In this document: in pieces, positions 1 to 12,332 of the stretch
Position numbering within the stretch: the first letter of the stretch is position 1
How the letters are laid out: every line of letters starts with the position of its first letter
NCBI RefSeq assembly: GCF_057098645.1
Contig: NZ_CM169472.1
Direction: 5' to 3' (one strand)
DNA length: 64,000 bases
The notes under the pieces: model-generated
What the model saw: the letters and a program-made list of their open reading frames with translations, nothing else
Database searches by the model: none
Told to the model about the DNA's origin: nothing
Translations under genes and position numbers: made by a program

Positions 1-735
1 GAAGGTTTTAATCGCTATCAGCGCCACCACAAAAGCGGTGATAAACCCAACGGCAAACATCGGGATATCGCCGCTTGTCAGGAAGCCCCAGCTTTTGTAG
101 AGATCGAGCGCCGTTGCGCCCATCATCATCGGCACCGCCAGCAGGAACGAAAACTCGGAAGCAGCGTAACGGCTCACCCCCATCAGCATCCCACCTGAAA
201 TGGTCGCCCCGGAACGGGAGAAACCCGGCCACAGCGCCAGACACTGGAAGCAGCCAATCATAAACGCCTGACGATAGGTCATATCATCCAGACCCGGTGC
301 GCGCGGTTCTTTCGGCTTCAGGCATTCGGCGGCAATCAGCAACAAACCGCCAACGACCAGCGCATACATCACATTTATCGGGTTAAACAATGACTTAATC
401 GTGTCGTGGAACAACAGCCCCAGTACCACCGCCGGAATCATCCCCAGCAAAATGTGGATCAGCGTTAAACGACCTTTGCTTTCTCCTTCGTGCTGCAACG
501 GGCGGCCAAAGTGGATGCCAATCAGGCCAAACAGACGCCGCCAGAACATCACTACTACCGCCAGAATTGATCCTAACTGGATCACGACTTCAAAGGTTTT
601 CGCCGTGTCGCCCTCAAACCCCAACAAGTGACCGACAATAATCATATGGCCCGTGCTGGATACCGGCAGAAATTCTGTCAATCCTTCGACCACACCCAAT
701 ATTGCCGCTATCAGCAGCGAGTGCATATCGCTCAT
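1..735 (-). CDS. uppP: Undecaprenyl-diphosphate phosphatase UppP/BacA; 3' end cut by window edge
   Basis: Reverse strand from ATG at 735 reads [12 protein letters not shown]...; multi-pass membrane protein recognised as UppP; frame open to position 1. Confidence 0.85.
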
Positions 736-825
736 CAATAAACCCCTAAATTATAAAAATGTAACGCTTGTCCGAACTACTGCAGTATGACCAGGTTATA
801 ACCGTTTGGTTTAACAGCTGTAAAA

Positions 826-1194
826 TTAATTATTTTCTTTCAGATTATTGCCACGCTCAATGATTACGCCAACATTCGCCGCCCGCGCCACTGCGCCTGG
901 CTTGCTGAGTTTGATACGCACCCACGGCGAGTTGAAGCGTGCTAACAGCAGCTCTGCCACCTCTTCCGCCACGCGCTCCACCAGCGCAAAACGCGCCCCC
1001 TCGACGTGGCTGACCACCGTTTCTGCAATGTCAGCGTAACTGAGGCAATCCGCCACATCATCACTTTTCGCCGCTTTACGGTTATCCCACGCCATTTCGA
1101 TATCGAACACTAACTTCTGTTCGATGGTCTGTTCCCAGTCGTAAACACCAATAGTGGTGATTACCGAAAGTTGCTCTATAAATACAATATCCAT
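826..1194 (-). CDS. folB: Dihydroneopterin aldolase
   Basis: ORF-track 826..1197; MDIVFIEQLSVITTIGVYDWEQ... recognised as FolB; second Met taken as start. Confidence 0.9.
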   Translation of the reverse strand: MDIVFIEQLSVITTIGVYDWEQTIEQKLVFDIEMAWDNRKAAKSDDVADCLSYADIAETVVSHVEGARFALVERVAEEVAELLLARFNSPWVRIKLSKPGAVARAANVGVIIERGNNLKENN

Positions 1195-1298
1195 CACGTC
1201 CTGCCTGCTTTTTGGCTAACCGGATACCACTTCCGGCGAAATGTGCGTATTATCCACAGATTCATCGTTGAACACGAATTTTCAAAACGGAACAGCTT

Positions 1299-1916
1299 AT
1301 GAGTGCAATCGCGCCTGGAATGATCCTCATCGCGTACCTCTGCGGCTCCATTTCCAGTGCCATTCTGGTTTGCCGCTTGTGTGGGCTGCCCGATCCGCGA
1401 ACCAGCGGCTCCGGCAATCCCGGCGCAACCAATGTGTTACGTATCGGTGGCAAGGGAGCAGCCGTAGCAGTACTGATTTTCGACGTTCTGAAAGGAATGT
1501 TGCCTGTCTGGGGCGCGTATGAATTAGGTGTCAGCCCCTTCTGGCTAGGCTTAATTGCCATCGCCGCCTGTCTTGGACACATCTGGCCCGTTTTCTTCGG
1601 TTTTAAAGGAGGAAAAGGCGTTGCTACCGCTTTTGGAGCAATCGCACCAATTGGCTGGGATCTCACCGGAGTAATGGCGGGAACCTGGTTACTGACCGTG
1701 CTAATGAGCGGATACTCGTCGCTGGGAGCGATTGTCAGTGCACTGATTGCTCCGTTTTATGTCTGGTGGTTTAAGCCACAATTCACCTTCCCGGTTTCGA
1801 TGCTCTCTTGCCTGATCCTGCTGCGTCATCATGACAACATCCAGCGTCTGTGGCGTCGTCAGGAGACAAAAATCTGGACGAAATTCAAAAGAAAGCGCGA
1901 AAAGGATCCCGAGTGA
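1299..1916 (+). CDS. plsY: Glycerol-3-phosphate acyltransferase PlsY
   Basis: 205-aa membrane ORF with GSGNPGATN motif typical of PlsY. Confidence 0.9.
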   Translation: MSAIAPGMILIAYLCGSISSAILVCRLCGLPDPRTSGSGNPGATNVLRIGGKGAAVAVLIFDVLKGMLPVWGAYELGVSPFWLGLIAIAACLGHIWPVFFGFKGGKGVATAFGAIAPIGWDLTGVMAGTWLLTVLMSGYSSLGAIVSALIAPFYVWWFKPQFTFPVSMLSCLILLRHHDNIQRLWRRQETKIWTKFKRKREKDPE

Positions 1917-1928
1917 TTTCTGGTGGAA

Positions 1929-2861
1929 CTACATGACCTGATAGCCTTCATCGGGCTTGCCCAGCCGTTGCTGGCACCATGCCGCCAGAAATTCCACGCA
2001 GACACGTAATTTCATGCTGCGATAGAGCGGCTCCCGGTAAACAGCCCAGATATTGGCGCTTTGTGCATACTCCGGCAATACTTGCACCAGTTTGCCACTC
2101 TCCAGAAACGGCAACACATCCCACTCGGAACGCAGCATAATCCCTTTGCCCTCCAGCGCCCATTGCAGCACAATCTCGCCGCTATTGGAGGAAAGATGCC
2201 CGCTTACCTTCACCGATTTTTTCTCCTGACCGTTCCCCAACTCCCATATTCCGTGGGTCATATCGCGCTCTTTGGTCACCAGACAGTCATGACGACTTAA
2301 TTCCTGTAGGGATTGTGGCTGCGGATATTTTTGCAGATACTCAGGTGCTGCGCATAATATTCTTTTATTTTTTGTCAAAAGATGCGCAATATAATAATCA
2401 GGAATTTCGTCATTAATACGAATATCCAGATCAATATTATCCTGCACTAAATCAATTTGTCGATCGAACAATTCAAAATGCACCTGTAACTCAGGATAAT
2501 TGCGCATCAGTTCGGTAATGGCTGGCGCAATATGGCTGCGCCCAAAACCAAAACTGCAACCAATACGAATCATCCCCTCCGGGCGCGTTTTGATTTGCGT
2601 GACGTCATCGACCAGTCGCTGATATTGGGTGAGGATTTCCAGCGCATGTTCGTAACAACGTTGGCCACTTTCAGTCAGCGCCACGCCGCGAGCGGATCGG
2701 TTCAGCAACGTTGTTGCCAGCGTATTTTCAAGGATTTGGATCCGCTTGGTGACGAATGCAGGCGTTTGCCCAAGCGTCGCCGCTGCGGCGCTAAAACTCC
2801 CGCTGTGGACGATTTCTACCAGTACCTGCAAATCTTTGGCTAAAGGCCAGCTATTCAGCAT
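1929..2861 (-). CDS. ttdR: LysR-family transcriptional activator of the tartrate operon
   Basis: 310-aa ORF with N-terminal HTH ([20 protein letters not shown]), divergent from ttdA. Confidence 0.85.
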   Translation of the reverse strand: MLNSWPLAKDLQVLVEIVHSGSFSAAAATLGQTPAFVTKRIQILENTLATTLLNRSARGVALTESGQRCYEHALEILTQYQRLVDDVTQIKTRPEGMIRIGCSFGFGRSHIAPAITELMRNYPELQVHFELFDRQIDLVQDNIDLDIRINDEIPDYYIAHLLTKNKRILCAAPEYLQKYPQPQSLQELSRHDCLVTKERDMTHGIWELGNGQEKKSVKVSGHLSSNSGEIVLQWALEGKGIMLRSEWDVLPFLESGKLVQVLPEYAQSANIWAVYREPLYRSMKLRVCVEFLAAWCQQRLGKPDEGYQVM

Positions 2862-3067
2862 CGTTAATTATCCGCAGTTGTGATAAGCGCAGTGTATTTC
2901 GCAAAACATTGCCATTCCCTGCTCTGGCGCAATATTCATTCTTATTTTCGCGTTGATTCACGAACTGTTAATTACATATTCACGGTGGCAAAAAATATAA
3001 AACCACATTTTTAGTGGTAGTTTGTGGCGGTGAATTTTTCCAGACAAATACAAAAACTGGAGTTGCC

Positions 3068-3979
3068 ATGATGAGCGAAAGTAATAAGCAACAGGCAGTG
3101 AATAAGTTGACGGAGATTGTCGCTAACTTTACCGCCATGATTTCTACCCGAATGCCTGATGACGTGGTGGATAAACTAAAACAGCTAAAAGATGCCGAAA
3201 CGTCATCGATGGGGAAAATTATCTACCATACGATGTTCGACAACATGCAAAAAGCGATTGACCTGAATCGTCCTGCCTGTCAGGACACCGGGGAGATTAT
3301 GTTCTTCGTTAAAGTCGGTTCCCGCTTCCCACTGCTTGGCGAGCTGCAAAGCATACTCAAACAAGCCGTGGAAGAGGCAACCGTCAAAGCACCACTACGT
3401 CACAATGCGGTAGAAATTTTTGACGAAGTAAACACCAGCAAAAATACCGGCAGCGGCGTACCGTGGGTCACCTGGGATATCGTCCCCGACGGTGACGATG
3501 CGGAAATCGAAGTTTACATGGCAGGCGGCGGCTGCACGCTACCAGGCCGCTCGAAAGTGTTAATGCCGTCAGAAGGCTACGAAGGCGTGGTGAAATTCGT
3601 CTTCGAAAATATCTCCACCCTCGCCGTAAACGCCTGTCCACCGGTATTGGTGGGCGTGGGCATCGCCACCTCGGTGGAAACCGCCGCCGTACTCTCGCGT
3701 AAAGCCATTTTGCGCCCGATTGGCAGCCGCCACCCCAATCCAAAAGCGGCAGAGCTGGAGCTACGCCTGGAAGAAGGACTCAACCGTCTGGGGATTGGTC
3801 CACAAGGGCTGACTGGCAACAGTTCAGTGATGGGCGTGCATATCGAATCTGCCGCTCGCCATCCGTCAACCATCGGCGTTGCTGTTTCTACCGGCTGCTG
3901 GGCGCATCGTCGCGGCACACTGCTGGTTCATGCCGATCTCTCCTTTGAAAATCTGTCTCACACCCGGAGCGCGTTATGA
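3068..3979 (+). CDS. ttdA: L(+)-tartrate dehydratase alpha subunit
   Basis: ORF-track 3014..3979; likely start at MMSESNKQQ; Fe-S hydro-lyase alpha chain. Confidence 0.85.
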   Translation: MMSESNKQQAVNKLTEIVANFTAMISTRMPDDVVDKLKQLKDAETSSMGKIIYHTMFDNMQKAIDLNRPACQDTGEIMFFVKVGSRFPLLGELQSILKQAVEEATVKAPLRHNAVEIFDEVNTSKNTGSGVPWVTWDIVPDGDDAEIEVYMAGGGCTLPGRSKVLMPSEGYEGVVKFVFENISTLAVNACPPVLVGVGIATSVETAAVLSRKAILRPIGSRHPNPKAAELELRLEEGLNRLGIGPQGLTGNSSVMGVHIESAARHPSTIGVAVSTGCWAHRRGTLLVHADLSFENLSHTRSAL

Positions 3980-4581
3980 AAAAGATCCTGACAACCCCGA
4001 TCAAAGCTGAAGATCTGCAAGATATTCGCGTCGGCGATGTGATCTACCTGACCGGTACGCTGGTGACCTGCCGCGACGTTTGTCACCGCCGCTTGATCGA
4101 ACTGAAACGTCCGATCCCTTACGATCTCAACGGCAAAGCGATTTTCCACGCTGGCCCCATCGTGCGCAAAAACGGCGACAAATGGGAGATGGTTTCCGTC
4201 GGTCCGACAACCAGTATGCGTATGGAAAGTTTTGAACGTGAATTTATCGAACAGACCGGCGTGAAACTGGTGGTCGGCAAAGGCGGAATGGGGCCGCTGA
4301 CCCAAGAAGGCTGTCAGAAATTCAAGGCGCTACATGTAATTTTCCCGGCAGGCTGCGCGGTGCTGGCGGCAACCCAGGTGGAAGAGATTGAGGAGGTGCA
4401 CTGGACAGAACTCGGGATGCCGGAGTCACTGTGGGTCTGCCGGGTCAAAGAGTTCGGCTCGCTGATTGTCTCTATTGATACCCACGGCAACAACCTGATA
4501 GCAGAAAACAAAAAGCTGTTCGCCGAACGCCGCGATCCCATCGTGGAAGAGATCTGCGAGCACGTCCATTACATCAAATAA
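3976..4581 (+). CDS. ttdB: L(+)-tartrate dehydratase beta subunit
   Basis: 201-aa ORF overlapping the ttdA stop by 4 nt (ATGA). Confidence 0.85.
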   Translation: MKKILTTPIKAEDLQDIRVGDVIYLTGTLVTCRDVCHRRLIELKRPIPYDLNGKAIFHAGPIVRKNGDKWEMVSVGPTTSMRMESFEREFIEQTGVKLVVGKGGMGPLTQEGCQKFKALHVIFPAGCAVLAATQVEEIEEVHWTELGMPESLWVCRVKEFGSLIVSIDTHGNNLIAENKKLFAERRDPIVEEICEHVHYIK

Positions 4582-4629
4582 CCCTCCCGGAGAGGCTCGC
4601 CCCCTCTCCTTTTTCGCAGGCATAACACG

Positions 4630-6093
4630 ATGAAACCTTCCACTGAATGGTGGCGATACCTTGCGCCGCTGGCGGTCATCGCCATTATTGCTCTAATTCC
4701 GGTTCCCGCAGGGCTGGAGAGTCATACCTGGCTCTACTTTGCTGTTTTTACTGGCGTGATCGTTGGACTGATCCTCGAACCCGTGCCGGGTGCCGTGGTG
4801 GCGATGGTGGGTATATCCATCATCGCCATACTCTCTCCCGGGCTGCTGTTCAGCCCGGAGCAGCTCGCTCAGCCAGGCTTTAAATTCACTGCAAAATCCC
4901 TCTCGTGGGCCGTTTCCGGTTTTTCTAATTCGGTTATCTGGCTGATTTTCGCCGCCTTTATGTTTGGCACAGGCTATGAAAAAACCGGGCTGGGGCGACG
5001 TATCGCGCTGATTCTGGTGAAAAAGATGGGGCATCGCACGCTGTTTCTTGGCTATGCGGTGATGTTCTCCGAGCTGATCCTGGCACCTGTCACACCGTCC
5101 AACTCGGCGCGTGGTGCGGGGATTATCTATCCCATCATCCGTAACCTGCCGCCGCTCTATCAATCACAACCAAACGACAGCAGTTCACGCAGCATTGGCT
5201 CGTACATCATGTGGATGGGGATTGTTGCCGACTGCGTGACCAGCGCCATTTTCCTGACGGCGATGGCACCAAACTTGCTGTTAATTGGACTGATGAAAAG
5301 TGCATCTCACGCCACGCTGAGTTGGGGCGACTGGTTCCTCGGGATGTTGCCGCTCAGTATTTTACTGGTGCTGCTGGTTCCCTGGCTGGCTTACGTGCTG
5401 TACCCGCCGGTACTGAAGTCTGGTGATCAGGTACCGCGCTGGGCAGAGACGGAACTGCAGGCAATGGGCCCGCTCTGTTCGCGTGAAAAACGGATGCTGG
5501 GGCTGATGGTAGGCGCGCTGGTGCTGTGGATTTTCGGCGGTGATTATATCGATGCCGCGATGGTCGGTTACAGCGTGGTGGCGCTGATGCTGCTTCTGCG
5601 CATTATCAGTTGGGACGATATTGTCAGTAATAAAGCGGCGTGGAACGTTTTCTTCTGGCTGGCCTCGCTTATCACCCTCGCGACCGGACTCAACAACACC
5701 GGTTTTATTAGCTGGTTTGGCAAACTGTTAGCAGGCAGCTTAAGCGGTTATTCGCCGACGATGGTGATGGTGGCGTTGATTGTGGTGTTTTATCTGCTGC
5801 GCTACTTTTTTGCCAGCGCCACGGCGTATACCTCCGCTCTCGCACCGATGATGATTGCCGCTGCGCTGGCGATGCCGGAAATCCCGCTGCCGGTGTTCTG
5901 CCTGATGGTTGGTGCGGCAATTGGTCTGGGGAGCATTCTTACACCATACGCCACCGGACCCAGTCCGATTTACTACGGTAGTGGTTATCTGCCAACGGCG
6001 GATTACTGGCGACTGGGGGCGATTTTTGGGCTGATATTCCTCGTATTGCTGGTGATTACCGGCTTACTGTGGATGCCCGTGGTGTTGCTTTAA
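4630..6093 (+). CDS. ttdT: Tartrate/succinate antiporter
   Basis: 487-aa polytopic membrane ORF immediately downstream of ttdAB. Confidence 0.85.
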   Translation: MKPSTEWWRYLAPLAVIAIIALIPVPAGLESHTWLYFAVFTGVIVGLILEPVPGAVVAMVGISIIAILSPGLLFSPEQLAQPGFKFTAKSLSWAVSGFSNSVIWLIFAAFMFGTGYEKTGLGRRIALILVKKMGHRTLFLGYAVMFSELILAPVTPSNSARGAGIIYPIIRNLPPLYQSQPNDSSSRSIGSYIMWMGIVADCVTSAIFLTAMAPNLLLIGLMKSASHATLSWGDWFLGMLPLSILLVLLVPWLAYVLYPPVLKSGDQVPRWAETELQAMGPLCSREKRMLGLMVGALVLWIFGGDYIDAAMVGYSVVALMLLLRIISWDDIVSNKAAWNVFFWLASLITLATGLNNTGFISWFGKLLAGSLSGYSPTMVMVALIVVFYLLRYFFASATAYTSALAPMMIAAALAMPEIPLPVFCLMVGAAIGLGSILTPYATGPSPIYYGSGYLPTADYWRLGAIFGLIFLVLLVITGLLWMPVVLL

Positions 6094-6135
6094 GTAAGGA
6101 CGGTGCCGGAAGTAACTCTCCGGCACCCGATAGTT

Positions 6136-7149
6136 TTACGCAGCCGGTAACTCCGCCAGCGGCCAGCGCGGACGCACGCTAACGCCGAGATCCGCCGTCG
6201 CGCCTGCTTTAAACCGCACCATTCCGGCATAGGCGATCATCGCACCATTATCAGTACAAAATTCCGGACGCGCGTAGAACACTTCGCCGCGGCGTTTTTT
6301 CATCATTTCCGCCAGTTTCGCCCGCAGCGTGCGGTTAGCACTCACGCCGCCCGCCATGACCAGTCGCTTAAAGCCCGTCTGATCCAGTGCTCGCTTACAC
6401 TTAATCATCAACGTATCAACCACCGCATCTTCAAAGGCGCGGGCGATATCAGCACGCGTCTGGTCGTCGGTGCCGTTGTCACGAATCGTGTTCGCTGCGA
6501 AGGTTTTCAGACCAGAAAAGCTGAAATCCAGCCCCGGACGGTCAGTCATCGGGCGTGGGAAGACAAAGCGCCCGGCAGTACCCTGAGCCGCCATTTTCGA
6601 CAGTAACGGTCCGCCAGGATAATCCAGCCCCAGCAGCTTCGCGGTTTTATCAAACGCTTCACCAGCAGCATCATCGATAGACTCGCCGAGCAGCTCGTAC
6701 TGACCAATGCCAGTCACGCTGATTAACTGCGTATGACCGCCGGAAACCAGCAGCGCGACAAACGGAAATTCCGGTGGGTTATCTTCCAGCATCGGCGCTA
6801 ACAGATGCCCTTCCATATGGTGTACAGGGATCGCCGGAACGTTCCAGGCAAACGCCAGAGAACGCCCCACGGTCGCGCCAACCAGCAGTGCGCCGACTAA
6901 TCCAGGGCCTGCGGTATAGGCCACAGCATCAATGTCTTTTGCCGTTAAACCAGACTCCTTTAGCGCCGCCTGGATCAACGGTACGGTTTTACGCACATGA
7001 TCGCGGGAGGCCAGTTCAGGCACGACGCCGCCGTAGTCAGCGTGCAATTTCACCTGACTATACAATTGGTTGGCTAGCAAACCTTTTTCATCGTCGTAAA
7101 TGGCGATGCCGGTTTCATCGCAGGAAGTTTCAATACCCAGTACACGCAT
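6136..7149 (-). CDS. tsaD: tRNA N6-adenosine threonylcarbamoyltransferase TsaD (Kae1/Gcp family)
   Basis: 337-aa [23 protein letters not shown]..., divergent from rpsU. Confidence 0.9.
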   Translation of the reverse strand: MRVLGIETSCDETGIAIYDDEKGLLANQLYSQVKLHADYGGVVPELASRDHVRKTVPLIQAALKESGLTAKDIDAVAYTAGPGLVGALLVGATVGRSLAFAWNVPAIPVHHMEGHLLAPMLEDNPPEFPFVALLVSGGHTQLISVTGIGQYELLGESIDDAAGEAFDKTAKLLGLDYPGGPLLSKMAAQGTAGRFVFPRPMTDRPGLDFSFSGLKTFAANTIRDNGTDDQTRADIARAFEDAVVDTLMIKCKRALDQTGFKRLVMAGGVSANRTLRAKLAEMMKKRRGEVFYARPEFCTDNGAMIAYAGMVRFKAGATADLGVSVRPRWPLAELPAA

Positions 7150-7347
7150 GACTTGTTTTACCTCGCTTTATTACCGCGCAGTGTAGGACCAATGCGGGTT
7201 GATGTAAAACTTTGTTCGCCCCTGGAGAAAGCCTCGTGTATACTCCTCACCCTTATAAAAGTCCCTTTCAAAAAAGGCCGCGGTGCTTTACAAAGCAGCA
7301 GCAATTGCAGTAAAATTCCGCACCATTTTGAAATAAGCTGGCGTTGA

Positions 7348-7602
<255 letters not shown>

Positions 7603-7712
7603 TTCCCCGAGAGCGTTGCTCTCCGATCAGACCGAGTTGTAGTTGTAAGGCCGTGCTTCCGAAAGGAATGCGCGGCTTATTTTCGTTTATGAATTGCTAA
7701 AAATCGGGGCCT

Positions 7713-9458
7713 ATGGCTGGACGAATCCCACGCGTATTCATTAATGATCTGCTGGCACGCACTGACATCGTCGATCTGATCGATGCCCGTGTGAAGCTGA
7801 AAAAGCAGGGCAAGAATTTCCACGCGTGTTGTCCATTCCACAACGAGAAAACCCCGTCCTTCACCGTTAACGGTGAGAAACAGTTTTACCACTGCTTTGG
7901 ATGTGGCGCGCACGGCAACGCGATCGACTTCCTGATGAACTACGACAAGCTTGAGTTCGTCGAAACGGTCGAAGAGCTGGCGGCAATGCACAATCTTGAA
8001 GTGCCATTTGAAGCAGGCAGCGGCCCCAGCCAGATCGAGCGCCATCAGCGGCAAACGCTTTATCAGTTGATGGACGGTCTGAATACGTTTTACCAACAAT
8101 CTTTACAGCAACCTGTTGCCACGTCTGCGCGCCAGTATCTGGAAAAACGCGGATTAAGCCACGAGGTTATCGCCCGCTTTGCGATTGGTTTTGCGCCCCC
8201 CGGCTGGGACAACGTCCTGAAGCGGTTTGGCGGCAATCCAGAAAATCGCCAGTCATTGATTGATGCGGGCATGTTGGTCACTAACGATCAGGGGCGCAGT
8301 TACGATCGTTTCCGCGAGCGGGTGATGTTCCCCATTCGCGATAAACGCGGTCGGGTGATTGGTTTTGGCGGGCGTGTGCTGGGCAACGATACCCCCAAAT
8401 ACCTGAACTCGCCGGAAACAGACATTTTCCATAAAGGCCGCCAGCTTTACGGTCTTTATGAAGCGCAGCAGGATAACGCTGAACCCAATCGTCTGCTTGT
8501 GGTCGAAGGCTATATGGACGTGGTGGCGCTGGCGCAATACGGCATTAATTACGCCGTTGCGTCGTTAGGTACGTCAACCACCGCCGATCACATACAACTG
8601 TTGTTCCGCGCGACCAACAATGTCATTTGCTGTTATGACGGCGACCGTGCAGGCCGTGATGCCGCATGGCGAGCGCTGGAAACGGCGCTGCCTTACATGA
8701 CAGACGGCCGTCAGCTACGCTTTATGTTTTTGCCTGATGGCGAAGACCCTGACACGCTGGTACGAAAAGAAGGTAAAGAAGCGTTTGAAGCGCGGATGGA
8801 GCAGGCGATGCCGCTTTCCGCATTTCTGTTTAACAGCCTGATGCCGCAAGTTGATCTGAGTACCCCTGACGGGCGCGCACGTTTGAGTACGCTGGCACTG
8901 CCATTGATATCGCAAGTGCCGGGCGAAACGCTGCGAATATATCTTCGTCAGGAATTAGGCAACAAATTAGGCATACTTGATGACAGCCAGCTTGAACGAT
9001 TAATGCCAAAAGCGGCAGAGAGCGGCGTTTCTCGCCCTGTTCCGCAGCTAAAACGCACGACCATGCGTATACTTATAGGGTTGCTGGTGCAAAATCCAGA
9101 ATTAGCGACGCTGGTCCCGCCGCTTGAGAATCTGGATGAAAATAAGCTCCCTGGACTTGGCTTATTCAGAGAACTGGTCAACACTTGTCTCTCCCAGCCA
9201 GGTCTGACCACCGGGCAACTTTTAGAGCACTATCGTGGTACAAATAATGCTGCCACCCTTGAAAAACTGTCGATGTGGGACGATATAGCAGATAAGAATA
9301 TTGCTGAGCAAACCTTCACCGACTCACTCAACCATATGTTTGATTCGCTGCTTGAACTGCGCCAGGAAGAGTTAATCGCTCGTGAGCGCACGCATGGTTT
9401 AAGCAACGAAGAACGCCTGGAGCTCTGGACATTAAACCAGGAGCTGGCGAAAAAGTGA
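7713..9458 (+). CDS. dnaG: DNA primase
   Basis: 581-aa ORF with zinc-binding CCPFHNEKTPSF...CFGCG and toprim region. Confidence 0.95.
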   Translation: MAGRIPRVFINDLLARTDIVDLIDARVKLKKQGKNFHACCPFHNEKTPSFTVNGEKQFYHCFGCGAHGNAIDFLMNYDKLEFVETVEELAAMHNLEVPFEAGSGPSQIERHQRQTLYQLMDGLNTFYQQSLQQPVATSARQYLEKRGLSHEVIARFAIGFAPPGWDNVLKRFGGNPENRQSLIDAGMLVTNDQGRSYDRFRERVMFPIRDKRGRVIGFGGRVLGNDTPKYLNSPETDIFHKGRQLYGLYEAQQDNAEPNRLLVVEGYMDVVALAQYGINYAVASLGTSTTADHIQLLFRATNNVICCYDGDRAGRDAAWRALETALPYMTDGRQLRFMFLPDGEDPDTLVRKEGKEAFEARMEQAMPLSAFLFNSLMPQVDLSTPDGRARLSTLALPLISQVPGETLRIYLRQELGNKLGILDDSQLERLMPKAAESGVSRPVPQLKRTTMRILIGLLVQNPELATLVPPLENLDENKLPGLGLFRELVNTCLSQPGLTTGQLLEHYRGTNNAATLEKLSMWDDIADKNIAEQTFTDSLNHMFDSLLELRQEELIARERTHGLSNEERLELWTLNQELAKK

Positions 9459-9652
9459 TTTAACGGCTTAAGTGCCGAAGAGCGATCGGGAAGCCCCCGA
9501 CAGCCGCACTGAGAGGCAGCGGCAAATATATAAGTACGCCCTCGTAATTATCGTTGGCGGTAAACAACCGTTGGATTTCAGCGTTAACGGCTGAAGGACA
9601 TCGGGTCAATCGCCCAACACCAACCTCATGAAATAAGTGTGGATACCGTCTT

Positions 9653-11494
9653 ATGGAGCAAAACCCGCAGTCACAGCTGAAACTTCTTGTCACCCGTGGT
9701 AAGGAGCAAGGCTATCTGACCTATGCCGAGGTCAATGACCATCTGCCGGAAGATATCGTCGATTCAGATCAGATCGAAGACATCATCCAAATGATCAACG
9801 ACATGGGCATTCAGGTGATGGAAGAAGCACCGGATGCCGATGATCTGATGCTGGCTGAAAACACCGCGGACGAAGATGCTGCCGAAGCCGCCGCGCAGGT
9901 GCTTTCCAGCGTGGAATCTGAAATCGGGCGCACGACTGACCCGGTACGCATGTACATGCGTGAAATGGGCACCGTTGAACTGTTGACCCGCGAAGGCGAA
10001 ATTGACATCGCTAAGCGTATTGAAGACGGGATCAACCAGGTTCAATGCTCCGTTGCTGAATATCCGGAAGCGATCACCTATCTGCTGGAACAGTACGATC
10101 GTGTTGAAGCAGAAGAAGCGCGTCTGTCCGATCTGATCACCGGCTTTGTTGACCCGAACGCAGAAGAAGATCTGGCACCTACCGCCACTCACGTCGGTTC
10201 TGAGCTTTCCCAGGAAGATCTGGACGATGACGAAGATGAAGACGAAGAAGATGGCGATGACGACAGCGCCGATGATGACAACAGCATCGACCCGGAACTG
10301 GCTCGCGAAAAATTTGCGGAACTGCGCGCTCAGTACGTTGTAACGCGTGACACCATCAAAGCGAAAGGTCGCAGTCACGCTGCCGCTCAGGAAGAGATCC
10401 TGAAACTGTCTGAAGTATTCAAACAGTTCCGCCTGGTGCCGAAGCAGTTTGACTACCTGGTCAACAGCATGCGCGTCATGATGGACCGCGTTCGTACGCA
10501 AGAACGTCTGATCATGAAGCTCTGCGTTGAGCAGTGCAAAATGCCGAAGAAAAACTTCATTACTCTGTTTACCGGCAACGAAACCAGCGATACCTGGTTC
10601 AACGCGGCAATTGCGATGAACAAGCCGTGGTCGGAAAAACTGCACGATGTCTCTGAAGAAGTGCATCGCGCCCTGCAGAAACTGCAGCAGATTGAAGAAG
10701 AAACCGGCCTGACCATCGAGCAGGTTAAAGATATCAACCGTCGTATGTCCATCGGTGAAGCGAAAGCCCGCCGTGCGAAGAAAGAGATGGTTGAAGCGAA
10801 CTTACGTCTGGTTATTTCTATCGCCAAGAAATACACCAACCGTGGCTTGCAGTTCCTTGACCTGATTCAGGAAGGCAATATCGGTCTGATGAAAGCGGTT
10901 GATAAATTCGAATACCGCCGTGGTTACAAGTTCTCCACCTACGCAACCTGGTGGATCCGTCAGGCGATCACCCGTTCTATCGCGGATCAGGCGCGCACCA
11001 TCCGTATTCCGGTGCATATGATTGAGACTATCAACAAACTCAACCGTATTTCTCGCCAGATGCTGCAAGAGATGGGCCGTGAACCGACGCCGGAAGAACT
11101 GGCTGAACGTATGCTGATGCCGGAAGACAAGATCCGCAAAGTGCTGAAGATCGCCAAAGAGCCAATCTCCATGGAAACGCCGATCGGTGATGATGAAGAT
11201 TCGCATCTGGGGGATTTCATCGAGGATACCACCCTCGAGCTGCCGCTGGATTCTGCGACCACCGAAAGCCTGCGTGCGGCAACACACGACGTGCTGGCTG
11301 GCCTGACCGCGCGTGAAGCGAAAGTTCTGCGTATGCGTTTCGGTATCGATATGAACACCGATCACACGCTGGAAGAAGTGGGTAAACAGTTCGACGTTAC
11401 CCGTGAACGTATCCGTCAGATCGAAGCGAAGGCGCTGCGCAAACTGCGTCACCCGAGCCGTTCTGAAGTGCTGCGTAGCTTCCTGGACGATTAA
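9653..11494 (+). CDS. rpoD: RNA polymerase sigma-70 factor
   Basis: 613-aa ORF with acidic region and conserved regions 2-4 ([14 protein letters not shown]). Confidence 0.95.
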   Translation: MEQNPQSQLKLLVTRGKEQGYLTYAEVNDHLPEDIVDSDQIEDIIQMINDMGIQVMEEAPDADDLMLAENTADEDAAEAAAQVLSSVESEIGRTTDPVRMYMREMGTVELLTREGEIDIAKRIEDGINQVQCSVAEYPEAITYLLEQYDRVEAEEARLSDLITGFVDPNAEEDLAPTATHVGSELSQEDLDDDEDEDEEDGDDDSADDDNSIDPELAREKFAELRAQYVVTRDTIKAKGRSHAAAQEEILKLSEVFKQFRLVPKQFDYLVNSMRVMMDRVRTQERLIMKLCVEQCKMPKKNFITLFTGNETSDTWFNAAIAMNKPWSEKLHDVSEEVHRALQKLQQIEEETGLTIEQVKDINRRMSIGEAKARRAKKEMVEANLRLVISIAKKYTNRGLQFLDLIQEGNIGLMKAVDKFEYRRGYKFSTYATWWIRQAITRSIADQARTIRIPVHMIETINKLNRISRQMLQEMGREPTPEELAERMLMPEDKIRKVLKIAKEPISMETPIGDDEDSHLGDFIEDTTLELPLDSATTESLRAATHDVLAGLTAREAKVLRMRFGIDMNTDHTLEEVGKQFDVTRERIRQIEAKALRKLRHPSRSEVLRSFLDD

Positions 11495-11544
11495 TCGGTA
11501 GGCCGGCTCAGGCGTTACGCCGCACCCGGCACCTGTCCCTTTGC

Positions 11545-11576
11545 ACAAACGCCACCTTTTCGGTGGCGTTTTTTAT
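11545..11576. terminator. Hairpin plus T-run between convergent rpoD and mug
   Basis: ACGCCACC-TTTT-CGGTGGCGT followed by TTTTTAT. Confidence 0.6.
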
Positions 11577-12079
11577 CGCCCACGCACCACCAGCGCCTGG
11601 TCCAGCTCGTGATACGCTTCAACCAGTTTCTCCAGTGAAACGCGACTTAAACCGCTGGGATTTGGCAGCACCCAAATCTGCGTCGAACCAATGCTGAGCG
11701 TTTGTTTCCCCCACTGTGCACCGCGCTGGCTGAATCCCTGTTCATATGCTTGTTTGCCCAGAATCGCCAACGCTTGCGGCTGATAATCTTCAATTTTTTC
11801 AATCAGCTTGCGCCCACCTGCGTGTAGCTCTTGCTTTGAAATTTCATTGGCTTGCACCGTTGGACGGTCTACCAGTTTGGTTACGCCACAACGATAATCC
11901 AGCAGATGCTGTGCCTCCTGCGGCTTCAACTGACGGTCGGTAAACCCGGCCTGATATATCACCTTCCAGAAGCGATTTGCCGGATGAGCAAAGGGAAAAC
12001 CAGTCCCGGCGGATGAAAGCCCAGGGTTGATACCGCAAAACACGACCCGTAACCCTGGAACCAAAATATCCTCAACCAT
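11573..12079 (-). CDS. mug: G/U mismatch-specific DNA glycosylase
   Basis: 168-aa [28 protein letters not shown]... Confidence 0.9.
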   Translation of the reverse strand: MVEDILVPGLRVVFCGINPGLSSAGTGFPFAHPANRFWKVIYQAGFTDRQLKPQEAQHLLDYRCGVTKLVDRPTVQANEISKQELHAGGRKLIEKIEDYQPQALAILGKQAYEQGFSQRGAQWGKQTLSIGSTQIWVLPNPSGLSRVSLEKLVEAYHELDQALVVRGR

Positions 12080-12203
12080 ATTTACTCCTTTCTAACATCA
12101 CCAGGAAAAGTATAACGGATTGAAAATACATTGTTTATAAAAACAGCAGGCGCGCGGTAATGGCTGGATTGCGACACGGAGTTACTTTATAATCCGCTAC
12201 CAT

Positions 12204-12279
12204 GGCCCCTTAGCTCAGTGGTTAGAGCAGGCGACTCATAATCGCTTGGTCGCTGGTTCAAGTCCAGCAGGGGCCACCA
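12204..12279 (+). tRNA. ileX: tRNA-Ile2 type with CAU anticodon (lysidine-modified isoleucine tRNA)
   Basis: 76-nt cloverleaf GGCCCCTTAGCTCAGTGGTTAGAGCAGGCGACTCATAATCGC...GGGGCCACCA; anticodon loop CTCATAA; encoded CCA end. Confidence 0.85.
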
Positions 12280-12287
12280 GATATAGC

Positions 12288-12325
12288 AAAGGCTGACGAG
12301 AAATCGTCAGCCTTTTTCTTTTTAT
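12288..12325. terminator. Rho-independent terminator after ileX (also convergent with yqjH)
   Basis: GGCTGACGA-GAAA-TCGTCAGCC followed by TTTTTCTTTTT. Confidence 0.7.
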
Positions 12326-12332
12326 ATATCAG

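Noticed and set aside
10180-10290. Acidic low-complexity tract in rpoD ([22 protein letters not shown])
   Set aside because: Well-known feature of sigma-70, not a repeat element or an insertion.
9764-11548. Antisense ORFs (300 aa, 248 aa, 128 aa, 123 aa) overlapping rpoD
   Set aside because: Opposite strand of a highly conserved essential gene; no independent support.
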